A stretch of DNA of 64,000 nt from an uncultured Candidatus Saccharibacteria bacterium (GTDB lineage Bacteria; Patescibacteriota; Minisyncoccia; Phycocordibacterales; UBA6065): the NCBI GenBank assembly GCA_964368835.1, contig CAYJCZ010000004.1, forward strand, positions 59,385 through 123,384, read 5' to 3'. Both the position numbers and the translations under genes were made by a program. Below are positions 17,206-26,556 of the stretch, one piece after another. The notes under the pieces are model-generated. The model was not told the origin of the DNA, did not search any database, and was given only the letters and a program-made list of their open reading frames with translations. How positions within the stretch are numbered: position 1 is the first letter of the stretch; each line of letters begins with the position of its first letter.

Positions 17206-20200
17206 TTAGTCAGTCACAATTGAAACTAATTTTCCGGGAACAACGATAATTTTTTGAGGTTTTTTATCCCCAACCCACTTAATAATTTCGTCTAGTTTGA
17301 GTGCGAGAGCCTGTAATTCATCTTTTGTAGCTTCCCTTGGTGCTTCGAATGATGCTCTCATTTTCCCATTTACCTGAACGACGATTTTAACATGATCATC
17401 AACTGTTTTTGTCATGTCTGCAGTCGGCCACGCAGAAAGATGAATCGAAGTTTTGTTTCCAAGATTGCGCCACAACTCTTCGGTCATATGTGGAGCAAAT
17501 GGTGCAAGCATTTTAAGGAGTGATGCATACGCTGTATCTGATATTTCTGCACATGAATCCATTTCGTTTGAAAGGATCATAAGTGCGCTTATAGCTGTGT
17601 TATGACGAAGTGATGCTATATCCTCGGTAACCTTTACTATCGTCTTATTGAGAGCGATTTCAGCCGCTTTAGGCATGACTGCGCCATTCTTTACCTTCTC
17701 GCTAAGCTTCCATACGCGTTCAAGGAATCTGCGAGAACCCATAATACTCGAAGTTGACCATGCGATAGCTTGATCAAAAGGTCCCATAAACATTTCGTAC
17801 ACTCGCATCGTGTCGGCACCGTATGTATGTGCAATCTCATCTGGATTTACAACATTACCAAAGCGCTTGGACATTTTTCGCCCATCTTCACCCATGATAA
17901 GTCCCACCGACTGAAGCTTTTTGAAAGGCTCAAGTGTTGTAACAACACCGATGTCATATAGAAACTTGTGCCAGAAGCGCGCATAGATGAGATGTCGTGT
18001 CGCGTGTTCTGCACCGCCAACATAAAAGTCTACCTGGTTCCAATATTTTTCTTTTTTCGGATCTACGAGTGATTTGGAATTTGCTGGATCCATGTATCGC
18101 AAGTAGTACCACGAAGAACCTGCCCATTGAGGCATGGTATTCGTTTCTCTTTTCACAATTTTCGCTGACTTTCCCTTTCCGATTTTTACATCTACCCATT
18201 TTTCAATGGAAGCAAGCGGAGATTCTCCTGTTCCTGTTGGTTCGTATGACTTAACCTTTGGCAAAACTACTGGCAAATCTTCATCTGCAACTGGAATAAT
18301 TTCATACGCGACTTCTGACTCTATTTTTTTCCAGAGAACATCAAACTCTTTACCGTTCTTTGAATCAAAGTGACCAAACCCATCCCACGCTTCAATGTTC
18401 CATGATGAAGGAAGATCTTCGTGAGTATCTGACGGAATAACTACATCGTCTTTTGATCTCACGAGCGTTACTTTATTAACCAACTTAGAAACTTTATTGT
18501 AATTGATCGGCGCTTCCCAGAATTTTCTAAGTGCAGGTACATCAGACTCAGATCCATCCATTTCTTCTACTATCTTCCAATGCTTTTCATCTCGAGGTTT
18601 ACCAATCGCGCTCGCAATAAGGAAAAGGTTTCCAATATTGATTCCGGTTTTCTCAATTAATCTCAATGCGGCGTTTGAACCCAAACTATGACCCACAATG
18701 ATGTCATCCGGTCCAAAGTCTTTTACATGCGGTTCAAGTTCCTTCATCCACGACTCAACTGTGGGGTGAAATGATGTAGAAATTGTAGGATTAAAGACCT
18801 CAACCCCTCTGTCTTCGAGTGCTTTTTTAAGCTTCTTAAACCAATGGCCATTACCATTACCCTCAAATCCATGGATAAGAAGAGCTTTTTTAGCTTTAAG
18901 ACCCCGCAAAATAGGAAAAGGTTCGCCCCAATACCTCTGGCGTGAGAACACCCAGTCTTTGAGTTTGTATTTAACAACCCAATTTCCACCTACAGAATCA
19001 GTAATCTTTTTCTGTGCATCAATCGAGTTCATACCAGAAAACTTTCCTGAATCAACCAATTGTCCGGAACCTGTGTAGCATTGATCTTTATCAGCTGATT
19101 CTGATTTTTCACTAGGACTTATGACGCGACGAATATTTTGATTAAATTTTTGGGCAAACTGAAAATCTCTTTCGTCATGAGCGGGAACAGCCATGACAGC
19201 ACCGGTTCCATATTCAGCCAAAACATAATCAGCTACAAACACCGGCACTTCTTCGTTGTTTGCCGGATTAATAGCAAACACACCTTCAAGTCTTACTCCA
19301 GATTTGTCCTTTTTGGCATCTGTCCGCTCGATCTCAGTCATTGCTCGAGCATGAGCAACATAGGCTATAACTTCTGAGTGATTCTTTAGACTTTCTTTTT
19401 TCTTAAGTATTTCTGTGACAAACGAATGCTCTGGCGCGATAACTAGGTACGTAACACCAAACAAAGTATCAGGACGAGTAGTAAACACTTTTAACTTTTC
19501 ATTTCTTCCTTTGAATGCAAATGTGAGTTCAACTCCTTCGCTACGACCAATCCAATTTCTTTGTGCCTCTTTTATAGACTCTGGCCAATTGAGCGCATCG
19601 AGATCAGTCAAAAGCCTATCTGCGTACTTTGTAATGTTAAGCACCCATTGCCTCATCGGCTTCTTTTCAACTGCAGTTCCGCAGCGCTCACACTTACCAT
19701 CCTCCACATCTTCGTTAGCTAGACCAGTCTTACACGAAGGACACCAATTAATTGGTTCAAATGACTCATACGCTAGACCTTTTTCCAAAAGCTTAAGAAA
19801 GATCCACTGAGTCCACTTGTAAAACTTGGGATCGGTAGTATTTACTTCGCGCGACCAATCATAATCAAAGCCAAGAATTTCAAGCTGCTTTTTATAGCGC
19901 TCTACATTCTTTGCGACAGCGATTGATGGATTAGTCTTGGTTTTAATTGCATAGTTTTCAGCCGGCAATCCAAACGCATCAAAGCCCATTGGGTGAAGCA
20001 CATTAAAGCCCTGCATTCTCTTTTGGCGAGAAACAATATCGGTAGCTATGTAGCCTTTAGGATGCCCTACATGCAAACCTTCGCCCGAAGGATAAGGAAA
20101 CATATCGAGAATATAAAACTTTGGTTTCTCTATTGAGTCACCTGTTTTATAAATCTTCTTTTTCTCCCACTCCTTCTGCCACTTTTTTTCTATTTTTGAA

Positions 20201-20217
20201 TGGTCGTAGCGAGTCAT
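17206..20217 (-). CDS. leuS: Leucyl-tRNA synthetase with inserted YdeN/RBBP9-type alpha/beta serine-hydrolase domain
   Basis: PYPSGEGLHVGHPKGY (HIGH), KMSKRFGNVV (KMSKS), editing motifs TTRPDTLFG and AVPAHDERDFQFA, Zn module CPSCK...CERCG. An insert of about 195 aa after RQRYWGEPFPILRG contains LLIHGFEGNGNGHWF, IIVGHSLGSN (GxSxG), LFLIASAIG, VTLVRSKDDVVIPS and WDGFGHFDSKNG. Confidence 0.9.
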   Translation of the reverse strand: MTRYDHSKIEKKWQKEWEKKKIYKTGDSIEKPKFYILDMFPYPSGEGLHVGHPKGYIATDIVSRQKRMQGFNVLHPMGFDAFGLPAENYAIKTKTNPSIAVAKNVERYKKQLEILGFDYDWSREVNTTDPKFYKWTQWIFLKLLEKGLAYESFEPINWCPSCKTGLANEDVEDGKCERCGTAVEKKPMRQWVLNITKYADRLLTDLDALNWPESIKEAQRNWIGRSEGVELTFAFKGRNEKLKVFTTRPDTLFGVTYLVIAPEHSFVTEILKKKESLKNHSEVIAYVAHARAMTEIERTDAKKDKSGVRLEGVFAINPANNEEVPVFVADYVLAEYGTGAVMAVPAHDERDFQFAQKFNQNIRRVISPSEKSESADKDQCYTGSGQLVDSGKFSGMNSIDAQKKITDSVGGNWVVKYKLKDWVFSRQRYWGEPFPILRGLKAKKALLIHGFEGNGNGHWFKKLKKALEDRGVEVFNPTISTSFHPTVESWMKELEPHVKDFGPDDIIVGHSLGSNAALRLIEKTGINIGNLFLIASAIGKPRDEKHWKIVEEMDGSESDVPALRKFWEAPINYNKVSKLVNKVTLVRSKDDVVIPSDTHEDLPSSWNIEAWDGFGHFDSKNGKEFDVLWKKIESEVAYEIIPVADEDLPVVLPKVKSYEPTGTGESPLASIEKWVDVKIGKGKSAKIVKRETNTMPQWAGSSWYYLRYMDPANSKSLVDPKKEKYWNQVDFYVGGAEHATRHLIYARFWHKFLYDIGVVTTLEPFKKLQSVGLIMGEDGRKMSKRFGNVVNPDEIAHTYGADTMRVYEMFMGPFDQAIAWSTSSIMGSRRFLERVWKLSEKVKNGAVMPKAAEIALNKTIVKVTEDIASLRHNTAISALMILSNEMDSCAEISDTAYASLLKMLAPFAPHMTEELWRNLGNKTSIHLSAWPTADMTKTVDDHVKIVVQVNGKMRASFEAPREATKDELQALALKLDEIIKWVGDKKPQKIIVVPGKLVSIVTD

Positions 20218-20220
20218 TGA

Positions 20221-21195
20221 CTAGAGATTTACCGGCGCCTGAGCCTTTATAGTTTGAGACTTTTCGTATACAGGATAGAGGTCAGGATCGATGGTTCGGT
20301 CAAAACAAATAGTGCCTGTACCGTGTGTCCAATTTTCATTTGTTCCCACTGCAGGGTAAATTCTGTACGTTTCTTTAATATCAGTCTTATCATTTGAGGC
20401 ACTGAATTTTGCACAAAGCTTAAACGAAAGGTTTCCTGTCTTTTCGTATGTATACGCTTCGCCAGTCTCTGGATCTACTGGTGCTCGATATCCTGAAATT
20501 GAATCCTGAGTTTCAGCAAGCGTGCTAGGAACTACACCCTTCTGCTGCCAATGATTAATGATCTGCCACTGAATATTAGAGAGATTTTCGACACGCAATG
20601 AATCGAATCGGATTGCTCGTGCCTTCATAGGTGATCCAACATAGATGAAGCCACCAACAAGGGTTCCGAATACAAAGACACATGCAAGTGTTACAAGAAG
20701 CTTGCTTCTGTTTGGCATATCAGGAGTGAAAGCTTTCTTGAGATCATAGAGGTAGTACGCAAACACAGCGCTTGAAACTACAAGAACGGCAAGAACCTTG
20801 AGCACAAACCGTGCGGTAATTTCTCCTCCAAGGAATGTGTTAACAAGAACAATCAAGTCAGTTACAACCGCAACACCTGTTACAAAGAGTGTTAAATACG
20901 TGAGCCACTTTCGCACAGCAAGCTCTCTTTTGTCTGGATTTGCTCGAAGATATCGATTCAAATACGACGCAACTACGAGATATAGCGGAAATACGATGAT
21001 GAGGCACGCAATAGCCGCTCGCATTCCAGACGAGTAAAGATCGCCTCCGTAGTAATAGTACGAATTGAGAGCATCAGGAAATGCCTTATTTATAATGGTA
21101 AACAAGAGACTGATGAGCGAAATAGCGCTCACATAAAGCGTCACGAATCCGGCGAGATAGACAAAGAAGTCCTTAGCGGTAGTTTTAGGTTGCAT
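20221..21195 (-). CDS. Polytopic membrane protein with C-terminal extracytoplasmic domain; hypothetical
   Basis: Four to six TM helices in the first 170 aa, then a soluble domain. No motif recognised. Confidence 0.5.
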   Translation of the reverse strand: MQPKTTAKDFFVYLAGFVTLYVSAISLISLLFTIINKAFPDALNSYYYYGGDLYSSGMRAAIACLIIVFPLYLVVASYLNRYLRANPDKRELAVRKWLTYLTLFVTGVAVVTDLIVLVNTFLGGEITARFVLKVLAVLVVSSAVFAYYLYDLKKAFTPDMPNRSKLLVTLACVFVFGTLVGGFIYVGSPMKARAIRFDSLRVENLSNIQWQIINHWQQKGVVPSTLAETQDSISGYRAPVDPETGEAYTYEKTGNLSFKLCAKFSASNDKTDIKETYRIYPAVGTNENWTHGTGTICFDRTIDPDLYPVYEKSQTIKAQAPVNL

Positions 21196-21302
21196 GGCTT
21201 AAGTATTAGCTAGTAAGCCCCTTAATAGTAGCAAAATAGGCCATTTTTACAACAAAAGCCTCGCTTGCGCGAGGCTTTCATTTTTACAGCTGTAAACCGA
21301 TG

Positions 21303-21533
21303 TTACATTGGTGCCTGCATGCTTGCTTTTGACTCGCATGATTTGCAGTCCTTCTTGTGAGTGAACACAAGGAAAAGACCAGATACACCGACAACGACGT
21401 AAACAATCTTTGAGAGCATTGATCCTGCGCCCAAGAGCATGTCTACAACATTCCATCCACCAGCGCCAACGAGGCCCCAATTAAGAGCTCCGACGACAAC
21501 GAGGATGAAAGCGATTGCGTGAAGTGCCTTCAT
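21303..21533 (-). CDS. DUF378-family small membrane protein
   Basis: GALNWGLVGAGGWNVVDMLLG motif typical of DUF378 two-helix proteins. Confidence 0.6.
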   Translation of the reverse strand: MKALHAIAFILVVVGALNWGLVGAGGWNVVDMLLGAGSMLSKIVYVVVGVSGLFLVFTHKKDCKSCESKASMQAPM

Positions 21534-21631
21534 ATTATTGAAAAATTAAACTATTAATGTCGACATTACCCATTAATTATATCAACTCCGCAATACTTTT
21601 GGGGAAAGTTATCCACTTTAGACGCATACAC

Positions 21632-21659
21632 TTGACACAATTTGCAAGTATGATATAGT
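21632..21659 (+). promoter_or_regulatory. Plus-strand sigma70 promoter TTGACA -16- TGaTATAGT (extended -10)
   Basis: ttgaca at 21632-21637, tatagt at 21654-21659 with TG at 21651-52. No plus-strand gene follows. Confidence 0.45.
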
Positions 21660-21665
21660 ATCTTT

Positions 21666-21782
21666 GTCTGGATGACTCGCGATGAAGTGTGCATCATCGA
21701 CTGAGCCGAAAGGCCTTAGAAGTTGTTGGTTAGTGTCCAACCGTCTAGACTCCCCGCTTTCTGCTTGAAAGCGGGGTTTTTT
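21666..21782 (+). ncRNA. Candidate small RNA (~115 nt) between predicted promoter and terminator
   Basis: Folds into hairpins gatga-agtgtgca-tcatc, ctgagcc-GAAA-ggccttag, gttgg-ttagtgt-ccaac and a terminator stem. Contains only a 9-codon ORF (MTRDEVCIID). Plus-strand unit in a minus-strand gene block. Confidence 0.35.
21752..21782 (+). terminator. Rho-independent terminator (plus orientation)
   Basis: ccccgctttc-tgct-tgaaagcgggg followed by tttttta. On the minus strand the hairpin is followed by non-U sequence. Confidence 0.6.
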
Positions 21783-21795
21783 ATTTCAATTCCAA

Positions 21796-22380
21796 TTACT
21801 TCTTGTCGGCACAGATTATCGTTGTAATCGAAGATACCTCACCTGTATCATCAACCTGTTCTGGCGGTGTTGTGACCTTATGTTTTATGAGACAAACTAG
21901 ATTATTTTTTACGTATCCGTTTGAAGTGTTAAAAGTTGCGTCACCACTATTTCTCATGTCTTCAGTAAATCCGTTTGCCTTTAATTCATTTATAAATCGA
22001 AATCCAACATCGAGCTTGTCTACTGAACCTGTATTTTTCCAAGTTTGTGTGATCTGTAGGTTTTCTGCAGGAGAACGGTCATCAACAAAACTGTATCCAG
22101 GGTAATTTACTTTGGTTCCCTCAGTGTTCCAGCTCAAAACAATATTAGTTACATTCACGTTAGATACACCCAATTTTGAAAGTGTGGTCTTCATCAAATC
22201 ATAAGCCGGTGTGGTCATCTCTGTGGGCTGATCAGTTGCCTCATTCTGGACCTGGAGATTCTTTACTGGTTTAAAATACAAGTATCCAGCTGCGACTATC
22301 AAAATAACCACTGCGATTAGTGATAGCACTACTGCCATTGAGCCTCTTTGTGAATTTTTCATATTAAAAATAGAATACAA
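21796..22380 (-). CDS. Secreted or membrane-anchored hypothetical protein
   Basis: N-terminal hydrophobic anchor MAVVLSLIAVVILIVAAGYLYF, 194 aa, no motif recognised. Confidence 0.5.
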   Translation of the reverse strand: MYSIFNMKNSQRGSMAVVLSLIAVVILIVAAGYLYFKPVKNLQVQNEATDQPTEMTTPAYDLMKTTLSKLGVSNVNVTNIVLSWNTEGTKVNYPGYSFVDDRSPAENLQITQTWKNTGSVDKLDVGFRFINELKANGFTEDMRNSGDATFNTSNGYVKNNLVCLIKHKVTTPPEQVDDTGEVSSITTIICADKK

Positions 22381-22532
22381 TATTTTTGCAATTATGGCTT
22401 GTTTGAGTTAATCTGATTGTGACTAGGGTCAAGCTCTCTCGTATATAAGAAATCGAAAGGTATCACCTCGCCCCTCCCGTGAGATTGTCTCACGCTTCAA
22501 GGCAGGCTTTACGGCATCTTGGTCTGAGGTTA

Positions 22533-22563
22533 GGCGCGTAGCAATACGCGCCTTTATATTTCC
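22533..22563 (+). terminator. Hairpin with T-tract in plus orientation abutting ychF stop
   Basis: ggcgcgta-gcaa-tacgcgcc 8 bp stem then tttatatttcc. The minus-orientation flank is not U-rich. Confidence 0.35.
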
Positions 22564-23669
22564 TAAATCATAAACTCAACCACGTCGCCGTCTTTGACGA
22601 TGTATTCCTTCCCTTCTGTTCGCACCAAACCTTTTTCACGAGCAGCTGCATATGAGCCAGCTTCAAGTAGTTTGTCCCACTCAATTACCTGTGCACGAAC
22701 AAACTTGTCTTTGAAATCCGTATGGATTGCAGTACCAGCAAGAGGTGCTGTCCATCCCTTGTGAATCGTCCAACCACGAGTCTCTTGAACTCCAGTCGTA
22801 AAATATGTAATAAGGCCCAAAAGCTCGTAGCTTTTCTTGATGAGAGCATCAATACCGTTATCAGCACCAAGCCCTTCTCGCATCTCTTTCTTTTCTGAAT
22901 CCGTCATATCCTTTAGATCATGCTCAAAGCCCGCGTCTACGATGACATAGCCAGCGCCACTTTCTTCGATAAATTTCATGAGCTTTGTAAAACGCTCATC
23001 CACAACTCCATCTTTTGGTTCATCAAGATTCTTTCCACCGGACTTCTTATTCAAGACATACAACATCTTTTTTGTTGTAAGAAGATGAAGTTGTTTTAGA
23101 AACGGTGCTTCAAACTCATCAGGAACCACTGTTGATGCAAGCTTTCCCGCTTCAAGTGCTGGACGCACTCGTTCAAGAATCTTCATTTCAATAATCGCCT
23201 CTTTCTTGCCGCCTTTAATATCCTTCCCTAGGTTGGTCATGCGCTTCTTGACCGTATCAAGATCAGACGCTATGAGCTCCATGTTTATAATTTCAATATC
23301 AAAAAGCGGATCAACTTTATTTGCGACATGAATAATGTCATCGTCCTCAAATATACGAACAACCTCGGCGATTGCATCAGTTTCTCGAATGTTAGAAAGA
23401 AATTTATTACCCAAGCCCTCACCAGATGAAGCGCCTTTTACAAGACCTGCAATATCAACGAATTCAACAGCAGCTGGGACTGTCTTTATGGTCTTTGAGA
23501 ACTCAGCAAGTTTATAAAGCCTTTCGTCAGGTACAGCAACGACTCCGACAGACGGATCAATCGTTGCAAAGGGATAATTTGCCACAAGAACACTCTTTTT
23601 AGTAAGAGCGTTAAAAAGGGTTGATTTTCCGACGTTTGGAAGGCCTACAATGCCGATAGATAGTGACAT
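22563..23669 (-). CDS. ychF: Ribosome-binding ATPase YchF (Obg-family GTPase)
   Basis: [24 protein letters not shown]-loop and C-terminal TGS domain; 368 aa. Confidence 0.9.
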   Translation of the reverse strand: MSLSIGIVGLPNVGKSTLFNALTKKSVLVANYPFATIDPSVGVVAVPDERLYKLAEFSKTIKTVPAAVEFVDIAGLVKGASSGEGLGNKFLSNIRETDAIAEVVRIFEDDDIIHVANKVDPLFDIEIINMELIASDLDTVKKRMTNLGKDIKGGKKEAIIEMKILERVRPALEAGKLASTVVPDEFEAPFLKQLHLLTTKKMLYVLNKKSGGKNLDEPKDGVVDERFTKLMKFIEESGAGYVIVDAGFEHDLKDMTDSEKKEMREGLGADNGIDALIKKSYELLGLITYFTTGVQETRGWTIHKGWTAPLAGTAIHTDFKDKFVRAQVIEWDKLLEAGSYAAAREKGLVRTEGKEYIVKDGDVVEFMI

Positions 23670-23687
23670 AGAGAGCTACAATACCAC

Positions 23688-24275
23688 CTACTTTGCTTTC
23701 CTGCCAAGTTTATTGACCTTAAGGAGTAGTTTTTGAATTTTTTCAGGGCTTGCCTTGTTTATACCGGAAAACCACGTCTTTCGCACAGGAGCAAATCCAG
23801 AGAATCGAAGCACACCTCGAACATAGCTGTTAATGTTACCTCCAAACAAAAACCAGAGTAGAAGTGGATGAGAGTCGGACGTAACAATAACGCGAGCGCT
23901 ACGACCCTTGAGCCTTCGATACCATCCAGGAATTGGACCCTTGCGCATGTTGAATGCGAAGCCCGGCATCCACGCACGATCTACAAGTCCTTTAAGTAGT
24001 GCTGGTACGTCTGACCACCAAATTGGAAAGAACGTTACAAAATGTTCTGACCAGCGAACATCTGACTGAAATTGAACAAGATCGGGCTCATATGCCTGAA
24101 TCGTCTTATAGCCTTTATGAAGAATTGGATCAAACTTCATGTCAGCGAGCTTTGTGACTCGAACTTCATGCCCAGCGGCACGAGCTCCCTCTGCATATGA
24201 CTCTGCAGCCTTTGCTGCAAACGACTCGTTATCGGAATGAGCAATGAGGATAAATATCTTTTTAATTTTGGACAT
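23688..24275 (-). CDS. Flavodoxin-like NAD(P)H-dependent FMN oxidoreductase (Flavodoxin_2/KefF/MdaB family)
   Basis: MSKIKKIFILIAHSDNESFAAK...GHEVRV layout typical of NAD(P)H dehydrogenase (quinone)-like flavoproteins. Confidence 0.6.
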   Translation of the reverse strand: MSKIKKIFILIAHSDNESFAAKAAESYAEGARAAGHEVRVTKLADMKFDPILHKGYKTIQAYEPDLVQFQSDVRWSEHFVTFFPIWWSDVPALLKGLVDRAWMPGFAFNMRKGPIPGWYRRLKGRSARVIVTSDSHPLLLWFLFGGNINSYVRGVLRFSGFAPVRKTWFSGINKASPEKIQKLLLKVNKLGRKAK

Positions 24276-24277
24276 GC

Positions 24278-24505
24278 TTATTTTTTAATGATTTTCGCGA
24301 GCTCGTCTTTGTGCTTTGTCATGATTTCCATCATAACTGTTTGCTGATCCTTACCAGTTTTGAGACCTTCCTGTAGTTCCTTTGCTAGATTTTCAAAAAA
24401 ATCAGGATTCTTCTCTACAAGATCAAGAAGCATATCCTGTTCGGCTTGTGGAATATTTTTAAGCTGCGACTTCATTGCCTGCTTCATCAAGAATTTTTTA
24501 AGCAT
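24278..24505 (-). CDS. Small hypothetical protein (75 aa)
   Basis: Compact ORF packed 2 nt after the upstream gene; helical, charged; no motif. Confidence 0.4.
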   Translation of the reverse strand: MLKKFLMKQAMKSQLKNIPQAEQDMLLDLVEKNPDFFENLAKELQEGLKTGKDQQTVMMEIMTKHKDELAKIIKK

Positions 24506-24526
24506 ATGTATTTATGTTTTGTGCGG

Positions 24527-25819
24527 CTATTTTATCAAGAAAGGTCGATTATCGCCATATATTTCAAGAGGAACCTTCCCCCAACACGCAACAACATGAT
24601 CTGCGTAGCGCCACAGTGCCTCTATTTCTTCTCGACCGACGAACTCACGCACTGATCCTGATAGTGCAGCCAAAATTACATTGGCATAAGCATCCCTGGT
24701 CCTGGGTATAGTAAAGATATCTTTTGAGCCGTCTCTATTCTCAATAAGTATTTCTTGATCTGGCTGAATAGAAAAACGCATAGATTTAGGAATGCCCAAC
24801 ATCTCTTTGAAATCAATTCGAATGAAAGCTTCACTAACCGGCATTTTCTTACCTGACTCTAATATGAGAGGTGTGCCCGCAAGCTTTCCTGACGACAAAT
24901 GGGTTTGAACCTCAAACGCTGTCTCGGTAGATGAGCGAGGCGCAACACCCTGCTCTTGATGATAGCCCTCGTATTGTGCACGACGAGACATATCGCATGT
25001 TTTAAGAGGTGGAGCAAGATGAGAAAAAACTTCAGCCCGTGCCTTTTGCCATGAGTCATTTTTACTTTTAACCTGGGGCAAGCTAGCGCAAACTACAGCA
25101 AGCATTTCAAGCATATGATTCTGTCCAACGTCACGAAACGCACCCACACCATCATAAGAAGCTCCCCTATTCTCAATTCCCTGAGTTTCAAAATGCCGAA
25201 TATGTATTGAGGATACATTTTCAGCAGCTATGAGATTATCAAAATCGATCGTGCTCTCATGCAGGTTCATAATTGCCAAAACAGTATCTTTGCCCAAATA
25301 GTGATCCACTCTACATATTTGCTTCTCATCAAGAAACGAAAGAAGTTTGTCGAGTGAGCGCGCTGAGTGCTCATCCGTACCAAACGGCTTTTCAATAAGA
25401 ATCCTTGTTTTCCCCTTCGCGAGAATCTTTGCATCCCTCAAAGACCTAATTGCGAGCGGATGGTTCTGAGGAGCAAGAGAAAGATAAACATAAACATCAG
25501 AAATGCCTTGTGACTTTTTGATTGACGCAATTGTAGCCTTAAGATCATCGAAGCCGTGATTATTCTCAATATCAACTTTGGAGTACAAGACTGTATCTAA
25601 AAACTTTCCCGTTATTGCAGATTTCTTTTCAAGGAGGAAATTATGAAAATCCATATCACCCCAATCTCGCCTTGATACTGCGAGTACTTTTGATTTAGGG
25701 CCAAAAACGCCTTCGGCATGCAGTAAACTGAGTGCAGGAAAAATTTTCTTAACGGCAAGATCGCCGGTCGCTCCAAACAATACAAAAAGCACATTTTTCC
25801 CTGTGGCATCTTTTCTCAT
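24527..25819 (-). CDS. zwf: Glucose-6-phosphate 1-dehydrogenase
   Basis: VLFGATGDLAVKKIFPAL NADP-binding motif and RVDHYLGKDTV active-site motif (RIDHYLGKE). Confidence 0.85.
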   Translation of the reverse strand: MRKDATGKNVLFVLFGATGDLAVKKIFPALSLLHAEGVFGPKSKVLAVSRRDWGDMDFHNFLLEKKSAITGKFLDTVLYSKVDIENNHGFDDLKATIASIKKSQGISDVYVYLSLAPQNHPLAIRSLRDAKILAKGKTRILIEKPFGTDEHSARSLDKLLSFLDEKQICRVDHYLGKDTVLAIMNLHESTIDFDNLIAAENVSSIHIRHFETQGIENRGASYDGVGAFRDVGQNHMLEMLAVVCASLPQVKSKNDSWQKARAEVFSHLAPPLKTCDMSRRAQYEGYHQEQGVAPRSSTETAFEVQTHLSSGKLAGTPLILESGKKMPVSEAFIRIDFKEMLGIPKSMRFSIQPDQEILIENRDGSKDIFTIPRTRDAYANVILAALSGSVREFVGREEIEALWRYADHVVACWGKVPLEIYGDNRPFLIK

Positions 25820-25888
25820 TATCTATATATAAAAGCACACCAAGAAGCAAAAGAAAAAGCCCGTACACCACTGTACGAGCTGTGACCA

Positions 25889-26470
25889 TCAGAAACCTAG
25901 TTTTCCTAATACAAAATGCACCGGTCGCTCGAGAACTCTGTCATTGAGCTTCTGAATAGGCTTTCTGACCACTTGATCCAAAAGATCAACATGATTTTGA
26001 TAGCTATAGCTCCATGAAGACTTTTTTCCGAGTGTCCATGTGACATGTTTGTTACCATCCGGATGCCACGCGAGTCCCTTCTTAAGGTAGAAATCAGCAC
26101 CTGCAAACTCGAAGCCTCCTTTGAGAGCTTTGAGTTCCTTACCTCGAAGGCCGAACTCAAAGACCGGCGATTCCTCAAGGCTGTGTCTCCAGGATGACTC
26201 GTTGAAGTCACGATCATGAAATGTAACGTTCCCATCTTGTCGTGCCGGAGAAAAGGCTTTTTCAAGCCCAAGAAGCCGGAGTTCAGCATTCTTTTCAAAT
26301 CTCGGAGACACTGTCATTTTGGGAAGCATAACAATCTCCCCTGGGTTGGAATACGTTGTGTTGCGAACGATATTCTGCGAAGCAAGCTCCAGGACCTTTG
26401 TTTTAAGTCCCGATGCGAAGGCTACACTGGCCAAAACCAGGCTCATAAGAGCAATTTGGATAACTTTCAT
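25889..26470 (-). CDS. Secreted hypothetical protein
   Basis: Signal peptide MKVIQIALMSLVLASVAFASG; 193 aa; no motif. Confidence 0.5.
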   Translation of the reverse strand: MKVIQIALMSLVLASVAFASGLKTKVLELASQNIVRNTTYSNPGEIVMLPKMTVSPRFEKNAELRLLGLEKAFSPARQDGNVTFHDRDFNESSWRHSLEESPVFEFGLRGKELKALKGGFEFAGADFYLKKGLAWHPDGNKHVTWTLGKKSSWSYSYQNHVDLLDQVVRKPIQKLNDRVLERPVHFVLGKLGF

Positions 26471-26530
26471 GCGGGAAAGTGGTTAAACGGGATCTTCGCT
26501 AAGTATAGCTATAAAAGGTGTTTCGTCCAT

Positions 26531-26556
26531 AAAAAAGACCCACCGTAAGGTGAGCC
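26531..26556 (-). terminator. Rho-independent terminator (minus orientation)
   Basis: Minus strand ctcacc-ttac-ggtggg followed by tcttttttat (plus 26531-26537 aaaaaag). Confidence 0.5.

Noticed and set aside
21247-21480. 77-aa ORF overlapping the DUF378 gene in another frame
   Set aside because: Cys/Arg-rich shadow frame; the 21303-21533 frame carries the DUF378 GALNWGLVG motif.
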